Source: a virus. Taken from it: a stretch of 64,000 nucleotides of DNA. This document shows, piece by piece, positions 30,442 to 38,663 of this stretch. Numbering within the stretch: position 1 is the first letter of the stretch; each line of letters starts with the position of its first letter. The position numbers and the translations under genes were made by a program. Location: the IMG/VR virus record IMGVR_UViG_3300042904_000196, positions 1 through 64,000 of that record, one strand, 5' to 3'. The notes under the pieces were generated by a model. That model ran no database searches. It was not told the origin of the DNA and saw only the letters and a list, made by a program, of their open reading frames with translations.

Positions 30442-30945
30442 AAGTGATTCCCGGAATCAAAAGTAACCTTTGAAACGCATAAAATTCGCATTTGTCAATC
30501 TTCGGTTGACGGAATCAAATCAAATTCGCATTTGTCAATTGCGAAATTGCGGAATCGAATCAAACAGTTCAGTACAGCTTGGCCCTTCACCTATACTACG
30601 CTCAAAAGGTGCCTTTTTGCCGCGAAAATCCATAATTCGTAATTATAAAATTAAATTCCCCTTACTCTAACCATATTTTCTTTTTTTTTTTTTTTTTCTA
30701 AAAACATAATATAGGTATAATGTCGAGATTCACAATTGGGGAGATTGACACGTGCGAATTTGGCCCTCGCGCGCGTGTTCCTTATAGGTGGCGGTTTTCC
30801 GGAAAATTCTTTTGACCCTATTGGCACGTCAGAGGCTTTTGAGCGTACTATATAATGCTAGGGGACTATACTGATTGTACTATTTGATTCGATTCCTTCA
30901 CTTCTCCGGATTGATTCCGGAATCAGCCCAACGGAGTTACTTTTC
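30442..30945. promoter_or_regulatory. divergent control region, possible replication origin
   Basis: Strand switch; direct repeats AAATTCGCATTTGTCAAT (30482, 30522); inverted CTTTTGAGCGTA(G/C)TATA boxes (30592-30608, 30836-30852); T17 tract 30681-30697; palindromes at 30445 and 30912. Confidence 0.75.
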
Positions 30946-31908
30946 ATGTCCGAAACCACCAACCTCATTAATGTTCCTGTTGACAGCATCATTGAAAGCG
31001 AATCTTCCTTGCGTCCCGTGCAACGCGACACCGAAGCCTATCAGGGGCTTGTGGCGTCGATGCGTGAGAAGGGTTTCATCGGGTCCATCAGCGTGCGTCC
31101 CGTGAAGACCATCGTTGACGGTGTCACCGTTGACCGTTACGAAATCCTTGACGGTCTGCACCGCTGGAATGCCGCTCGTGATACTGGAATCAAAACGATC
31201 CCTTGCTTCGTCAAGCAGATGGACAAGGCAGACGTTCTTGAGTGGCAGATGATGGCGAACTATCACAAGGTTGATACGAAGCCCGCCGCGTATGCCCAGC
31301 AGCTTCAGAAGCTCATTGTTCTGAATCCCGCCCTGACCCTGAACGAAATCGCCACGAAGCTCGGTATGAGCACGGCGACCATCATGCAGCGTCTTGACCT
31401 GCTCAAGCTTTCTGATTCGATTCAGAAGCTTGTCGATGATGGCAAGATCACCCTGACCAATGCCCACACCCTGAGCAAGCTTCCCGAAGAGGAACAGGCT
31501 GGCTTTGTTGATTTTGCGGTCGGCAAGTCCCCGAAGGAATTCGCGGAGCTTGTCAACAATCGCAAGAAGGAAATCAACGAGGCTCGCAAGGCGGGCAAGG
31601 TTGCCGGTCCCCCGGTGTTTGCTCCCATCTCGATCCTGCGTAAGAAGGATGAACTCGAAACCGAGTTGAACAATCCCATCGTGGTTATGTCCCTCATTGA
31701 AGAGAGCGGCGTCAACACGATCAAGGGTGCGGTTCAGATGGCGATTTCGTATGCCCTTAGCCTCGATCCCCGTACCATTGCCACGAAAAAGGCGGAGTGG
31801 GAGCAGCGTGAGAAGGATAAGGCAGCCGACGCCGAGAAGCGGAAGACTGAACGTGAGGCCAAGAAAATCAAGGATGCACAGGAATTCCTTGCCAAGGCCG
31901 GTGTCTAA
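30946..31908 (+). CDS. parB: ParB/Spo0J-family protein 1 (ParB N-domain, HTH, basic coiled-coil tail)
   Basis: LVASMREKGFIGSISVRP...YEILDGLHRWNAA...IPC; HTH LTLNEIATKLGMSTATIMQRLDLLKL; GKITLTNAHTLSKL. Confidence 0.85.
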   Translation: MSETTNLINVPVDSIIESESSLRPVQRDTEAYQGLVASMREKGFIGSISVRPVKTIVDGVTVDRYEILDGLHRWNAARDTGIKTIPCFVKQMDKADVLEWQMMANYHKVDTKPAAYAQQLQKLIVLNPALTLNEIATKLGMSTATIMQRLDLLKLSDSIQKLVDDGKITLTNAHTLSKLPEEEQAGFVDFAVGKSPKEFAELVNNRKKEINEARKAGKVAGPPVFAPISILRKKDELETELNNPIVVMSLIEESGVNTIKGAVQMAISYALSLDPRTIATKKAEWEQREKDKAADAEKRKTEREAKKIKDAQEFLAKAGV

Positions 31909-31913
31909 TCTGC

Positions 31914-31945
31914 GGCCCCGGACAGCGATGTCCGGGGCCTATTTT
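31914..31945 (+). terminator. intrinsic terminator after parB1
   Basis: GGCCCCGGACA-GCGA-TGTCCGGGGCC followed by TATTTT; palindrome variant at 31954. Confidence 0.7.
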
Positions 31946-31988
31946 ACCTATTTTGATTCTGGAATCATTTCATCTCTAAGGAAATCAC

Positions 31989-32633
31989 ATGACTGACATT
32001 GCTCTCGTTGACCTCGGTGCCCTCGGTTTGCCTAACTCTGAAGAATTTGCTCTTGTTTCGACTGCTGGTGGAGCCTATCTGCCACGCCTCCAACTCGGTG
32101 GCTCGACATCGGACGCCGTGAAGCAACGCAAAGTGCAGATGGGCAACCACTATCTCGTTGAGAACGATACGCCTACCGATTTGGGGAGTTCCGTTGATGT
32201 TATCGTGTTGGGCTGGATGTCCAAAGCTTTGGACGTTTCTGGTGCCAAGCCGATTTCAAATTTCGATGTCCACAGCGAAGGGTTCAAGAAAATTCAGGCT
32301 AAGTCTGCTGTCAAGGATAGCAACTGCATGTATGGCCCGAGCTATCTGGTGTACATTCCTTCGGTCGGCAAGTTCGCGGAGTATTTCATGTCGTCCAAGA
32401 CGGCACGGAAAGAATCCAAGAATATGCAAGCCCGACTGGGGATGGCCGCTACCCTTAGCTCTGAACTGATTGAAACCACGGAATATTCATGGTTTGGTCC
32501 GATTATTCGGCCGTGTTCGACGCCCATTACTCCCCCGAGCAGTGCGGACATCGTATCGGCCAATGAGAAGTTCCAAGCACAGAAGCAACAGGTTGTGGAA
32601 ACCGTTGCACCTGCCTCTGACCGCAAACGCTAA
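31989..32633 (+). CDS. possible single-stranded DNA-binding protein
   Basis: YLPRLQL...beta-rich...YSWFGP pattern, size and position in the replication module (inference). Confidence 0.45.
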   Translation: MTDIALVDLGALGLPNSEEFALVSTAGGAYLPRLQLGGSTSDAVKQRKVQMGNHYLVENDTPTDLGSSVDVIVLGWMSKALDVSGAKPISNFDVHSEGFKKIQAKSAVKDSNCMYGPSYLVYIPSVGKFAEYFMSSKTARKESKNMQARLGMAATLSSELIETTEYSWFGPIIRPCSTPITPPSSADIVSANEKFQAQKQQVVETVAPASDRKR

Positions 32634-32686
32634 TCACCTTGTCGGTAGCCGCTTAACCAGCGGCTACCGGCATTTTAGGAGAAATC

Positions 32687-33037
32687 ATGCTTTCTGACCT
32701 TATCGGCAAGACATTCACTAAGATTGAGAATTTGGGTGATCGCCTTATCTTCCATACTGATTCCGGAATCAAGTACGAAATGTACCATGAGCAAGACTGT
32801 TGTGAGCAAGTCTCCCTAGAAGATATCGCGGGCGATTTGGACGACCTGATCGGTGTGCCCATTGTGAGGGCCGAAGAATCGTGTAAGGAAGACCCGGCTG
32901 GCCCGGATAGCTGTAGCATGTGGACGTTTTACCTGTTTGCTACGTCCAAAGGTTACGTAACCTTGAGGTGGTACGGCCACTCTAACGGTTACTATGGCGT
33001 GGGTGTTAGTCTTAAAAGGATGGAGTATGGAACCTGA
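32687..33037 (+). CDS. phage hypothetical protein
   Basis: AGGAG RBS; HEQDCCEQV...WTFY...KGYVTLRWYGHSNGYY. Confidence 0.7.
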   Translation: MLSDLIGKTFTKIENLGDRLIFHTDSGIKYEMYHEQDCCEQVSLEDIAGDLDDLIGVPIVRAEESCKEDPAGPDSCSMWTFYLFATSKGYVTLRWYGHSNGYYGVGVSLKRMEYGT

Positions 33038-33551
33038 TGTCGTTTTACTAAGCGTGCCTAATGTGGACTGGCCTGCCCTGATACGATTGACAAATCTAGC
33101 GGTCAACCCACCTATACGCCGCTTAGACGCCATGCAGGTTGCCCCCGGTAACGTAAAAAGCTTCCTTTTGATTCTGGCATCAATCGCCCATCCAAGGGTA
33201 CAGAATCCCGTGGAGCTACTTAGGAAGAGTGAGATGCTCCGGGGACACGTAGGTTTTACCTTTGGAGTAAGCTGTTCACTTGAAACATACGAAGGGTTAC
33301 TCAACATAAGCCACCCACCGTTGACCAGCACCGATTCTGTTAATGGTGGTAAGCTTTGTATTATGACCGGTTCCTTACAGGACTGGTACCACTTCTCGCT
33401 ATCAGCATGTACCCACGATAATTGTTACGAAATCCGCAAGATAGGTTCCAAGGTAGTGTTCTTCCTAGAGAGTGCGGGTTTCGGTGTCATATGGAACGGC
33501 TTACGTAAAACAGGGCTACCGGATACATCATTCATTTTGGAGTCGGCATGA
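33027..33551 (+). CDS. degenerate ThyX-like fold protein
   Basis: HVGFTF, TGSLQDWYHF and YEIR resemble ThyX segments; the RHR motif is absent. Confidence 0.45.
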   Translation: MEPDVVLLSVPNVDWPALIRLTNLAVNPPIRRLDAMQVAPGNVKSFLLILASIAHPRVQNPVELLRKSEMLRGHVGFTFGVSCSLETYEGLLNISHPPLTSTDSVNGGKLCIMTGSLQDWYHFSLSACTHDNCYEIRKIGSKVVFFLESAGFGVIWNGLRKTGLPDTSFILESA

Positions 33552-35605
33552 TTAAGGTTGTCAAGCTAACAGTTGGAAATCAACGCAAGGAGGGCAAGCT
33601 CCACTTTATCGACGGTCGCATTTATATGGACTTCGGTTATTGGCCTGCCCTGAACGACGAAATCAAATCGGGGTTCGAGGGGAGGAAGTACCATGGCTAC
33701 GATGAGAACAACCCCAAGAAATGGTGGTCATTCCCAATTTCTCAGCGGAACCTTTTTGCACTTTCGTACCTGCTCGGGCAGAATCCTTACAAAGTGTATG
33801 AAATGCCATTTGTTCCTTTTGAGCCTACACGCAAGGTGTACAAGCATCAGAAGGAAATGTCACAACACTGGCTGACCGTCAAAAAGGCTATATGGGCCGT
33901 GGAGATGGGTGCCGGTAAAACTCTTGCAGCCCTCGAAGCTTCGGAACACATTTTTGATTCCGAAATCAAATCGAAGACCTATCACAAAGGTATGTTCTTT
34001 TGGGTCGCTCCGCGTTCAGCTTTGATGAGCGTTGAGATTGAGTTCGAGAAGTGGAAGTCACCGATACGTCCAACATTCTTAACCTACGAAGGCTTGGTGA
34101 AGCTTACCAAGAATTGGATATCTGGTGAACCCGCTCCTAGGGTTGTTGTGTTCGATGAATCATCCTACCTTAAAACTCATTCCGCACAACGTTCCAGTGC
34201 CGCACAGTTTCTCGCTGATGCTGTCCGCAGTGAACACAAGGAGAACGGTCATATTCTCCTGATGTCAGGCACACCAGCACCCAAGAGCCCGAAAGACTGG
34301 TGGAACCAGTGCGAGGTCGCTTGTCCCGGTTATCTGAAAGAGCCGGACATCTTTAAGTTCGAGAAACGGCTTGCCATCATCGATGAAAAGGAAAACCCCG
34401 TCACAGGTGGCAAGTATCCGCACCTTGTAGCATGGAGAGATTCCACGGAACGTTGCAACATCTGCGGCGAGATGAATACCCATCCTGTGCACACCCCGCC
34501 CAAGGATGATTATGCTGCTCTTGTGGAGAACAAAAACTATCATGTTTTTGAAGCTTGCAAGAATGAAGTGGCCGACCTGTACGAGCGTATGCGTGGCCTT
34601 GTCATGGTGAAGTTCAAGAAAGATTGTCTTGACCTGCCTGACAAGCGTTACGAGCTTATCCGGGTTACACCTACACCCTCTACACTGCGTGCCGCGAAGC
34701 TTATCGCTAAGACGCAACCAACGGCTATCCGTGTTCTCACAATGCTTAGGGAGTTATCCGATGGGTTCCAGTACGCGGACACCGTTAGCGGAAGCCACGA
34801 TTGTCCTACATGTAACGGTACCGGGCAAGCAACACTTTATGTCGATAGTGAAGGCAATCCCATCACTAACGAGACAGCAAACGAAGATGTTGCTACGTGC
34901 ATTGACAAAATTACCTGCGGCTGGTCTGGTCTCCTTTCTGATTCTGGAATCAATCAAGGAGAACGATGCTGCCCTAACTGCGGGTCTCCTGTCCATCTTA
35001 CGACAGTCTCACAAGTTAGAAATGTCCAAGGCACATGCCCGGAGTGCAATGGCGAAAAGACTGTCCCAACAATTGTCCGCTCCACGAAGGAAGTCGAGTC
35101 GCCAAAAGACGCGGTCTTCAAAGACCTCTTAGACCGGCACAGTGACGTTGGACGTTTCGTTACATTCGGTGGCTTTACAGGCACCATTGATCGCCTTGTA
35201 CGCATCGCCCTTAGTGAACAGTGGAACGTGATCCGTGTGGATGGTCGCGGCTGGCACACGTTCGCAGTGGGCGGAGGCTGTATGACGGGTAAGCCTTTGG
35301 ATATATTCCAGAATCAACTGGAGAAATATCCTAGGGTAGTCTTCATCGCTCACCCCAAGACTGCTTCAACAGGCCTGACGCTCACCGCTTCGCCCGGAAT
35401 CTTGTATTACAGTAATGACTTCAATGCCCAAGACCGGATTCAGTCTGAAGATCGTATCCACAGACCGGGCATGGACCTGAATCGTGGTGCTACGATTTAC
35501 GATATTGTGCATCTGCCAACAGATGAGTTAATTTTGAATAATCTGAAGAAGAAACGTGAACTCCAATCGATATCCCTTGGAGAGTTCCAAGCTGTTTTAG
35601 GTTAG
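33548..35605 (+). CDS. SNF2-like SF2 helicase with Zn-finger insertions
   Basis: EMGAGKT, FDESS, MSGTP, GLTLTA, QSEDRIHRPG; CPTCNGTG and CPECNGEK inserts. Confidence 0.88.
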   Translation: MIKVVKLTVGNQRKEGKLHFIDGRIYMDFGYWPALNDEIKSGFEGRKYHGYDENNPKKWWSFPISQRNLFALSYLLGQNPYKVYEMPFVPFEPTRKVYKHQKEMSQHWLTVKKAIWAVEMGAGKTLAALEASEHIFDSEIKSKTYHKGMFFWVAPRSALMSVEIEFEKWKSPIRPTFLTYEGLVKLTKNWISGEPAPRVVVFDESSYLKTHSAQRSSAAQFLADAVRSEHKENGHILLMSGTPAPKSPKDWWNQCEVACPGYLKEPDIFKFEKRLAIIDEKENPVTGGKYPHLVAWRDSTERCNICGEMNTHPVHTPPKDDYAALVENKNYHVFEACKNEVADLYERMRGLVMVKFKKDCLDLPDKRYELIRVTPTPSTLRAAKLIAKTQPTAIRVLTMLRELSDGFQYADTVSGSHDCPTCNGTGQATLYVDSEGNPITNETANEDVATCIDKITCGWSGLLSDSGINQGERCCPNCGSPVHLTTVSQVRNVQGTCPECNGEKTVPTIVRSTKEVESPKDAVFKDLLDRHSDVGRFVTFGGFTGTIDRLVRIALSEQWNVIRVDGRGWHTFAVGGGCMTGKPLDIFQNQLEKYPRVVFIAHPKTASTGLTLTASPGILYYSNDFNAQDRIQSEDRIHRPGMDLNRGATIYDIVHLPTDELILNNLKKKRELQSISLGEFQAVLG

Positions 35606-35614
35606 GGTGAATAC

Positions 35615-36133
35615 ATGCGAAACAACGTGACCTACTTCGCCTACAAAATGACCAAAAGATACCGTGGAACGGTTATCGAGCGTGAAGACTTCGAGCAGGA
35701 AGGCCAGATGGCCCTCCTTAAATCGAAAGAAAAATTTGATCCTGAGCGTGAAGCTACGCTTGAGACGTTTGCACAGCGGCGTGTGAAGGGTGCCATGTTG
35801 GACCTGTTACGTCGCTGGGACCATATCAAACGGCATCAGCGAGCCAAGTCCAAGCTTTCGGGTGAAACACTTCCTACCGTGAGTGTTCTACGGGAGGACG
35901 ATGAAGTCCCCGGTGACGAGGATATTATTGTTAATGATTTTGATATCATGTTACGCGGCCTCAAACGGGACGAGAAACTTGCTGTCAAATTACACTTCAT
36001 AGAAAACATGAACCACGCTGAGGTAGCCAAAGTTATTGGCTGTTCACCGTGCGGAGCATTTTTCATTTTCAAGCAGGCTATGCGATTTTTGAAGGAACGT
36101 TATGCACCTAGCACCGATAGACAGCCTCAATAA
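35615..36133 (+). CDS. sigma-70 family factor (FliA/WhiG-like regions 2 and 4)
   Basis: EDFEQEGQMALLKSKEKFDPER...ETFAQRRVKGAMLDLLR; region 4 NHAEVAKVIGCS. Confidence 0.85.
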   Translation: MRNNVTYFAYKMTKRYRGTVIEREDFEQEGQMALLKSKEKFDPEREATLETFAQRRVKGAMLDLLRRWDHIKRHQRAKSKLSGETLPTVSVLREDDEVPGDEDIIVNDFDIMLRGLKRDEKLAVKLHFIENMNHAEVAKVIGCSPCGAFFIFKQAMRFLKERYAPSTDRQPQ

Positions 36134-37427
36134 TGGAGTTAATGCCACCCAAGCTATTGTAGCCGATTCTTCAGGCAAAGGCAGAGGGGTGACGTTTCAA
36201 CGCTACTCTACACGGATTATGAAAACCCTCGTAGAAACCCTTTATGTTGTTGAAGACATCTACGTAACCATTAAGGCGTACAGCAATGGTAACATGATCT
36301 TCAACATACAGAATGGATTCCGGAATCATTTGAGGCAAATTGACTTCAGACTCCAAGAGGTCTACATTCAAGGTGAAACTAACATCCACCATCCTGTGAA
36401 CGGTGGAGCCACCTATCAGTTGCCCTCAGATGTTTGGGAACCCGGTAACGCGGCCCTGTGGCCGATAACAGCTTTCAGTCCTATACTGACGGTCTGGAAT
36501 AGTATGGGCACCTATGCTCTTACGTACTTCAATGATGCCTTGGTGCCTGTTGGTGCTTACTGGTTTTCGGGTCCCGGTGCTTTTAATCCCTTCCTACGTT
36601 ACAAGGTGGACCTGCTACCGGGGGAATCCATCACGTTAACTGCCACCGCCAAGGTGACCACAGGCGGGCGTGAGGCCCACTGGCAAGCCTACCGTAAGAC
36701 CTTAGCAGCTTTCATGGAAAAGCTTGGTGTGCCCGAGGCCGTAGGCAAGATCAAAGGAACCACAATCAGTGATGATTGGTCCCCTTACCTTGCTACGAAG
36801 CTTCAAAGAGTCGTTGATTCCGGAATCAAATCCTTCATAATGTGGGCTCCGGGTGACGACTACAGCGAGCTATATAATCCTTACCCTCCATCGCTTCCTT
36901 GGTATAAGACATTCTATAAGCCAGAGGGTTTGGATGTTTTCGGTGTGCTGCTTAATCCGAACATAACACCCTTCATACTTTGTGATGAACTTTTCATAAA
37001 GGGTGGTTACACTGAGATGGGTTCTGTAAGACCCTATACCAATTTCTATGTTAATCCCATGCATCCCAAGAACATTGCATTTGTTGACAGTCTACTAAGT
37101 GACCTTGAGAGTCGCGGTGTTAATCTGGCATTTTGGGATATGGGTAATGGGCCTGACCATTACAAAGGTATGGTGTGGGTTTCAATACTCTTACATGCCC
37201 GATCCAAGGGCATAGCGTTCATGTGTGAAACATCCAACGATATTGCAGCTTGGATAACCGGATACTATCTTGAGTGGCCGCCTGACGAGCTAAGTAACAC
37301 CATGATCCGGGCGATATGTCCCAAGGCAAGTATCTGTACTATCGTAAAGGGTACGTGGCCTCCGTTCAGTTACCTATACGATGCGGACCCCATTATTGAT
37401 TACGAGGATTACTTTGGACAAGGTTAA
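36102..37427 (+). CDS. hypothetical protein (possible glycoside hydrolase-like barrel)
   Basis: 441 aa; beta-sandwich-like N-terminus, then LESRGVNLAFWDMG...FMCE; aromatic-rich. Confidence 0.5.
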   Translation: MHLAPIDSLNNGVNATQAIVADSSGKGRGVTFQRYSTRIMKTLVETLYVVEDIYVTIKAYSNGNMIFNIQNGFRNHLRQIDFRLQEVYIQGETNIHHPVNGGATYQLPSDVWEPGNAALWPITAFSPILTVWNSMGTYALTYFNDALVPVGAYWFSGPGAFNPFLRYKVDLLPGESITLTATAKVTTGGREAHWQAYRKTLAAFMEKLGVPEAVGKIKGTTISDDWSPYLATKLQRVVDSGIKSFIMWAPGDDYSELYNPYPPSLPWYKTFYKPEGLDVFGVLLNPNITPFILCDELFIKGGYTEMGSVRPYTNFYVNPMHPKNIAFVDSLLSDLESRGVNLAFWDMGNGPDHYKGMVWVSILLHARSKGIAFMCETSNDIAAWITGYYLEWPPDELSNTMIRAICPKASICTIVKGTWPPFSYLYDADPIIDYEDYFGQG

Positions 37428-37680
37428 GGCTGCTCAGGTAGCCAAATGCATCGAGAAAGTGTTTCCTGAATTGCGGGTAGTGATTATGGTCCAACCCCAA
37501 GGGGTAGGCGGACCGATGGTTATTATCCATGGTGGTGGCAAAGGTTATTCCTTTGCAATACGAGTTAAGTTGAATGATTTTGAACGATTACCGCCAAAGG
37601 CGGTTGCTGAAGCGTTCATAGAAAAGTTGACCCAAGTGCAAAGGGAAAAGAAACATGGGACCGTTCTTCGAAGAAGATGA
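37381..37680 (+). CDS. hypothetical protein
   Basis: Fills the gap on the coding strand. Confidence 0.45.
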   Translation: MRTPLLITRITLDKVKAAQVAKCIEKVFPELRVVIMVQPQGVGGPMVIIHGGGKGYSFAIRVKLNDFERLPPKAVAEAFIEKLTQVQREKKHGTVLRRR

Positions 37681-37801
37681 CGAGCTTTTCGACACTGGCG
37701 AATTCACCGATCCTGCTTTAGGTGAAGATTTTGAGGATGATGAAGAGGATTTTGATGAATTTGATGAAGATGATATTGATGATGAAGAGTTCGAGTTCTA
37801 A
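37655..37801 (+). CDS. 48-aa hyperacidic micro-protein (DNA-mimic candidate)
   Basis: MGPFFEEDDELFDTGEFTDPALGEDFEDDEEDFDEFDEDDIDDEEFEF*: 27 D/E, 9 F, no K/R; below the ORF track cutoff. Confidence 0.65.
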   Translation: MGPFFEEDDELFDTGEFTDPALGEDFEDDEEDFDEFDEDDIDDEEFEF

Positions 37802-37815
37802 CCCAAGGGAAACCA

Positions 37816-38655
37816 ATGAGCAACGCTACTATCGCCACCATGAACATTCCTATCGCCGATATTGACATCGACGATAATTTCAATTGCCGCGGTAAGCTGC
37901 TTCCGATTGATGTCGAGGAGCTTGCGAAAGACATTCAGGCGAATGGGCAACATCAGCCTGTTGTCGTGATGCCTTACAATGAGTCCGAGAAGCTTATCAA
38001 AGGCAAGAGTTACAAACTCCTTGCGGGCTTCCGGCGTACCTACGCTCATATCATTCTGAAGTTGCCGACCGTGTTGGCAGTTGTCAAGAATCACATGAGT
38101 GATATCGAAGCACGCCTATTGAATTTGTCTGAAAATCTGAAGCGTGAAGACCTGAACATTCTCCAAGAGGCCAAAGCTCTTGAAGCGCTTATGTATGCTG
38201 GCGTACCCCGTGAAGAGGTCGCCCGTAGGGTAGGTAAATCGGGCGGCTGGGTTCAGGCACGCTGGGCATTGCTCACGCTTCCCAAGGATATTCAGGATGT
38301 TGCGGCTGCCGGTCTGCTTAATCAGTATCAACTGAAGCGGTTAGCAGGTATCCGCAAGCCCGAGGAACTGTATGCTACGGTGAAGCAGATTAAGACACGG
38401 CTTGCCAATGCACAGAGCTTGAACATCATCCAACGTAAGCCGCCCAAGAAACACGAGAAAAAGAAACGCACGACGACCGAGATTGCGAACATGCGTAACT
38501 ATATCTTGGACAACATCGGTTCTAATCCTTATTCTCGTGCTTTGGCGTGGGCTGCCGGTGGCACCTCCGACAAGGAACTGGAAGACGCTATCCGTGAAAC
38601 GCATCCGGCATTTGTGATTCCGGAACCAAAAGAGGTCGAACTAACCCACGAGTAA
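37816..38655 (+). CDS. parB: ParB/Spo0J-family protein 2
   Basis: ELAKDIQANGQHQPVVV...LLAGFRR...NLSENLKREDLNILQEAKAL; HTH REEVARRVGKSGGWVQARWALLTL. Confidence 0.88.
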   Translation: MSNATIATMNIPIADIDIDDNFNCRGKLLPIDVEELAKDIQANGQHQPVVVMPYNESEKLIKGKSYKLLAGFRRTYAHIILKLPTVLAVVKNHMSDIEARLLNLSENLKREDLNILQEAKALEALMYAGVPREEVARRVGKSGGWVQARWALLTLPKDIQDVAAAGLLNQYQLKRLAGIRKPEELYATVKQIKTRLANAQSLNIIQRKPPKKHEKKKRTTTEIANMRNYILDNIGSNPYSRALAWAAGGTSDKELEDAIRETHPAFVIPEPKEVELTHE

Positions 38656-38663
38656 GGGTAAGA

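Noticed and set aside
30946-38655. Classical ParABS plasmid-prophage partition locus
   Set aside because: No ParA, no canonical TGTTTCACGTGAAACA-type parS seen, and no repressor or integrase in the window. A ParA outside the window cannot be excluded.
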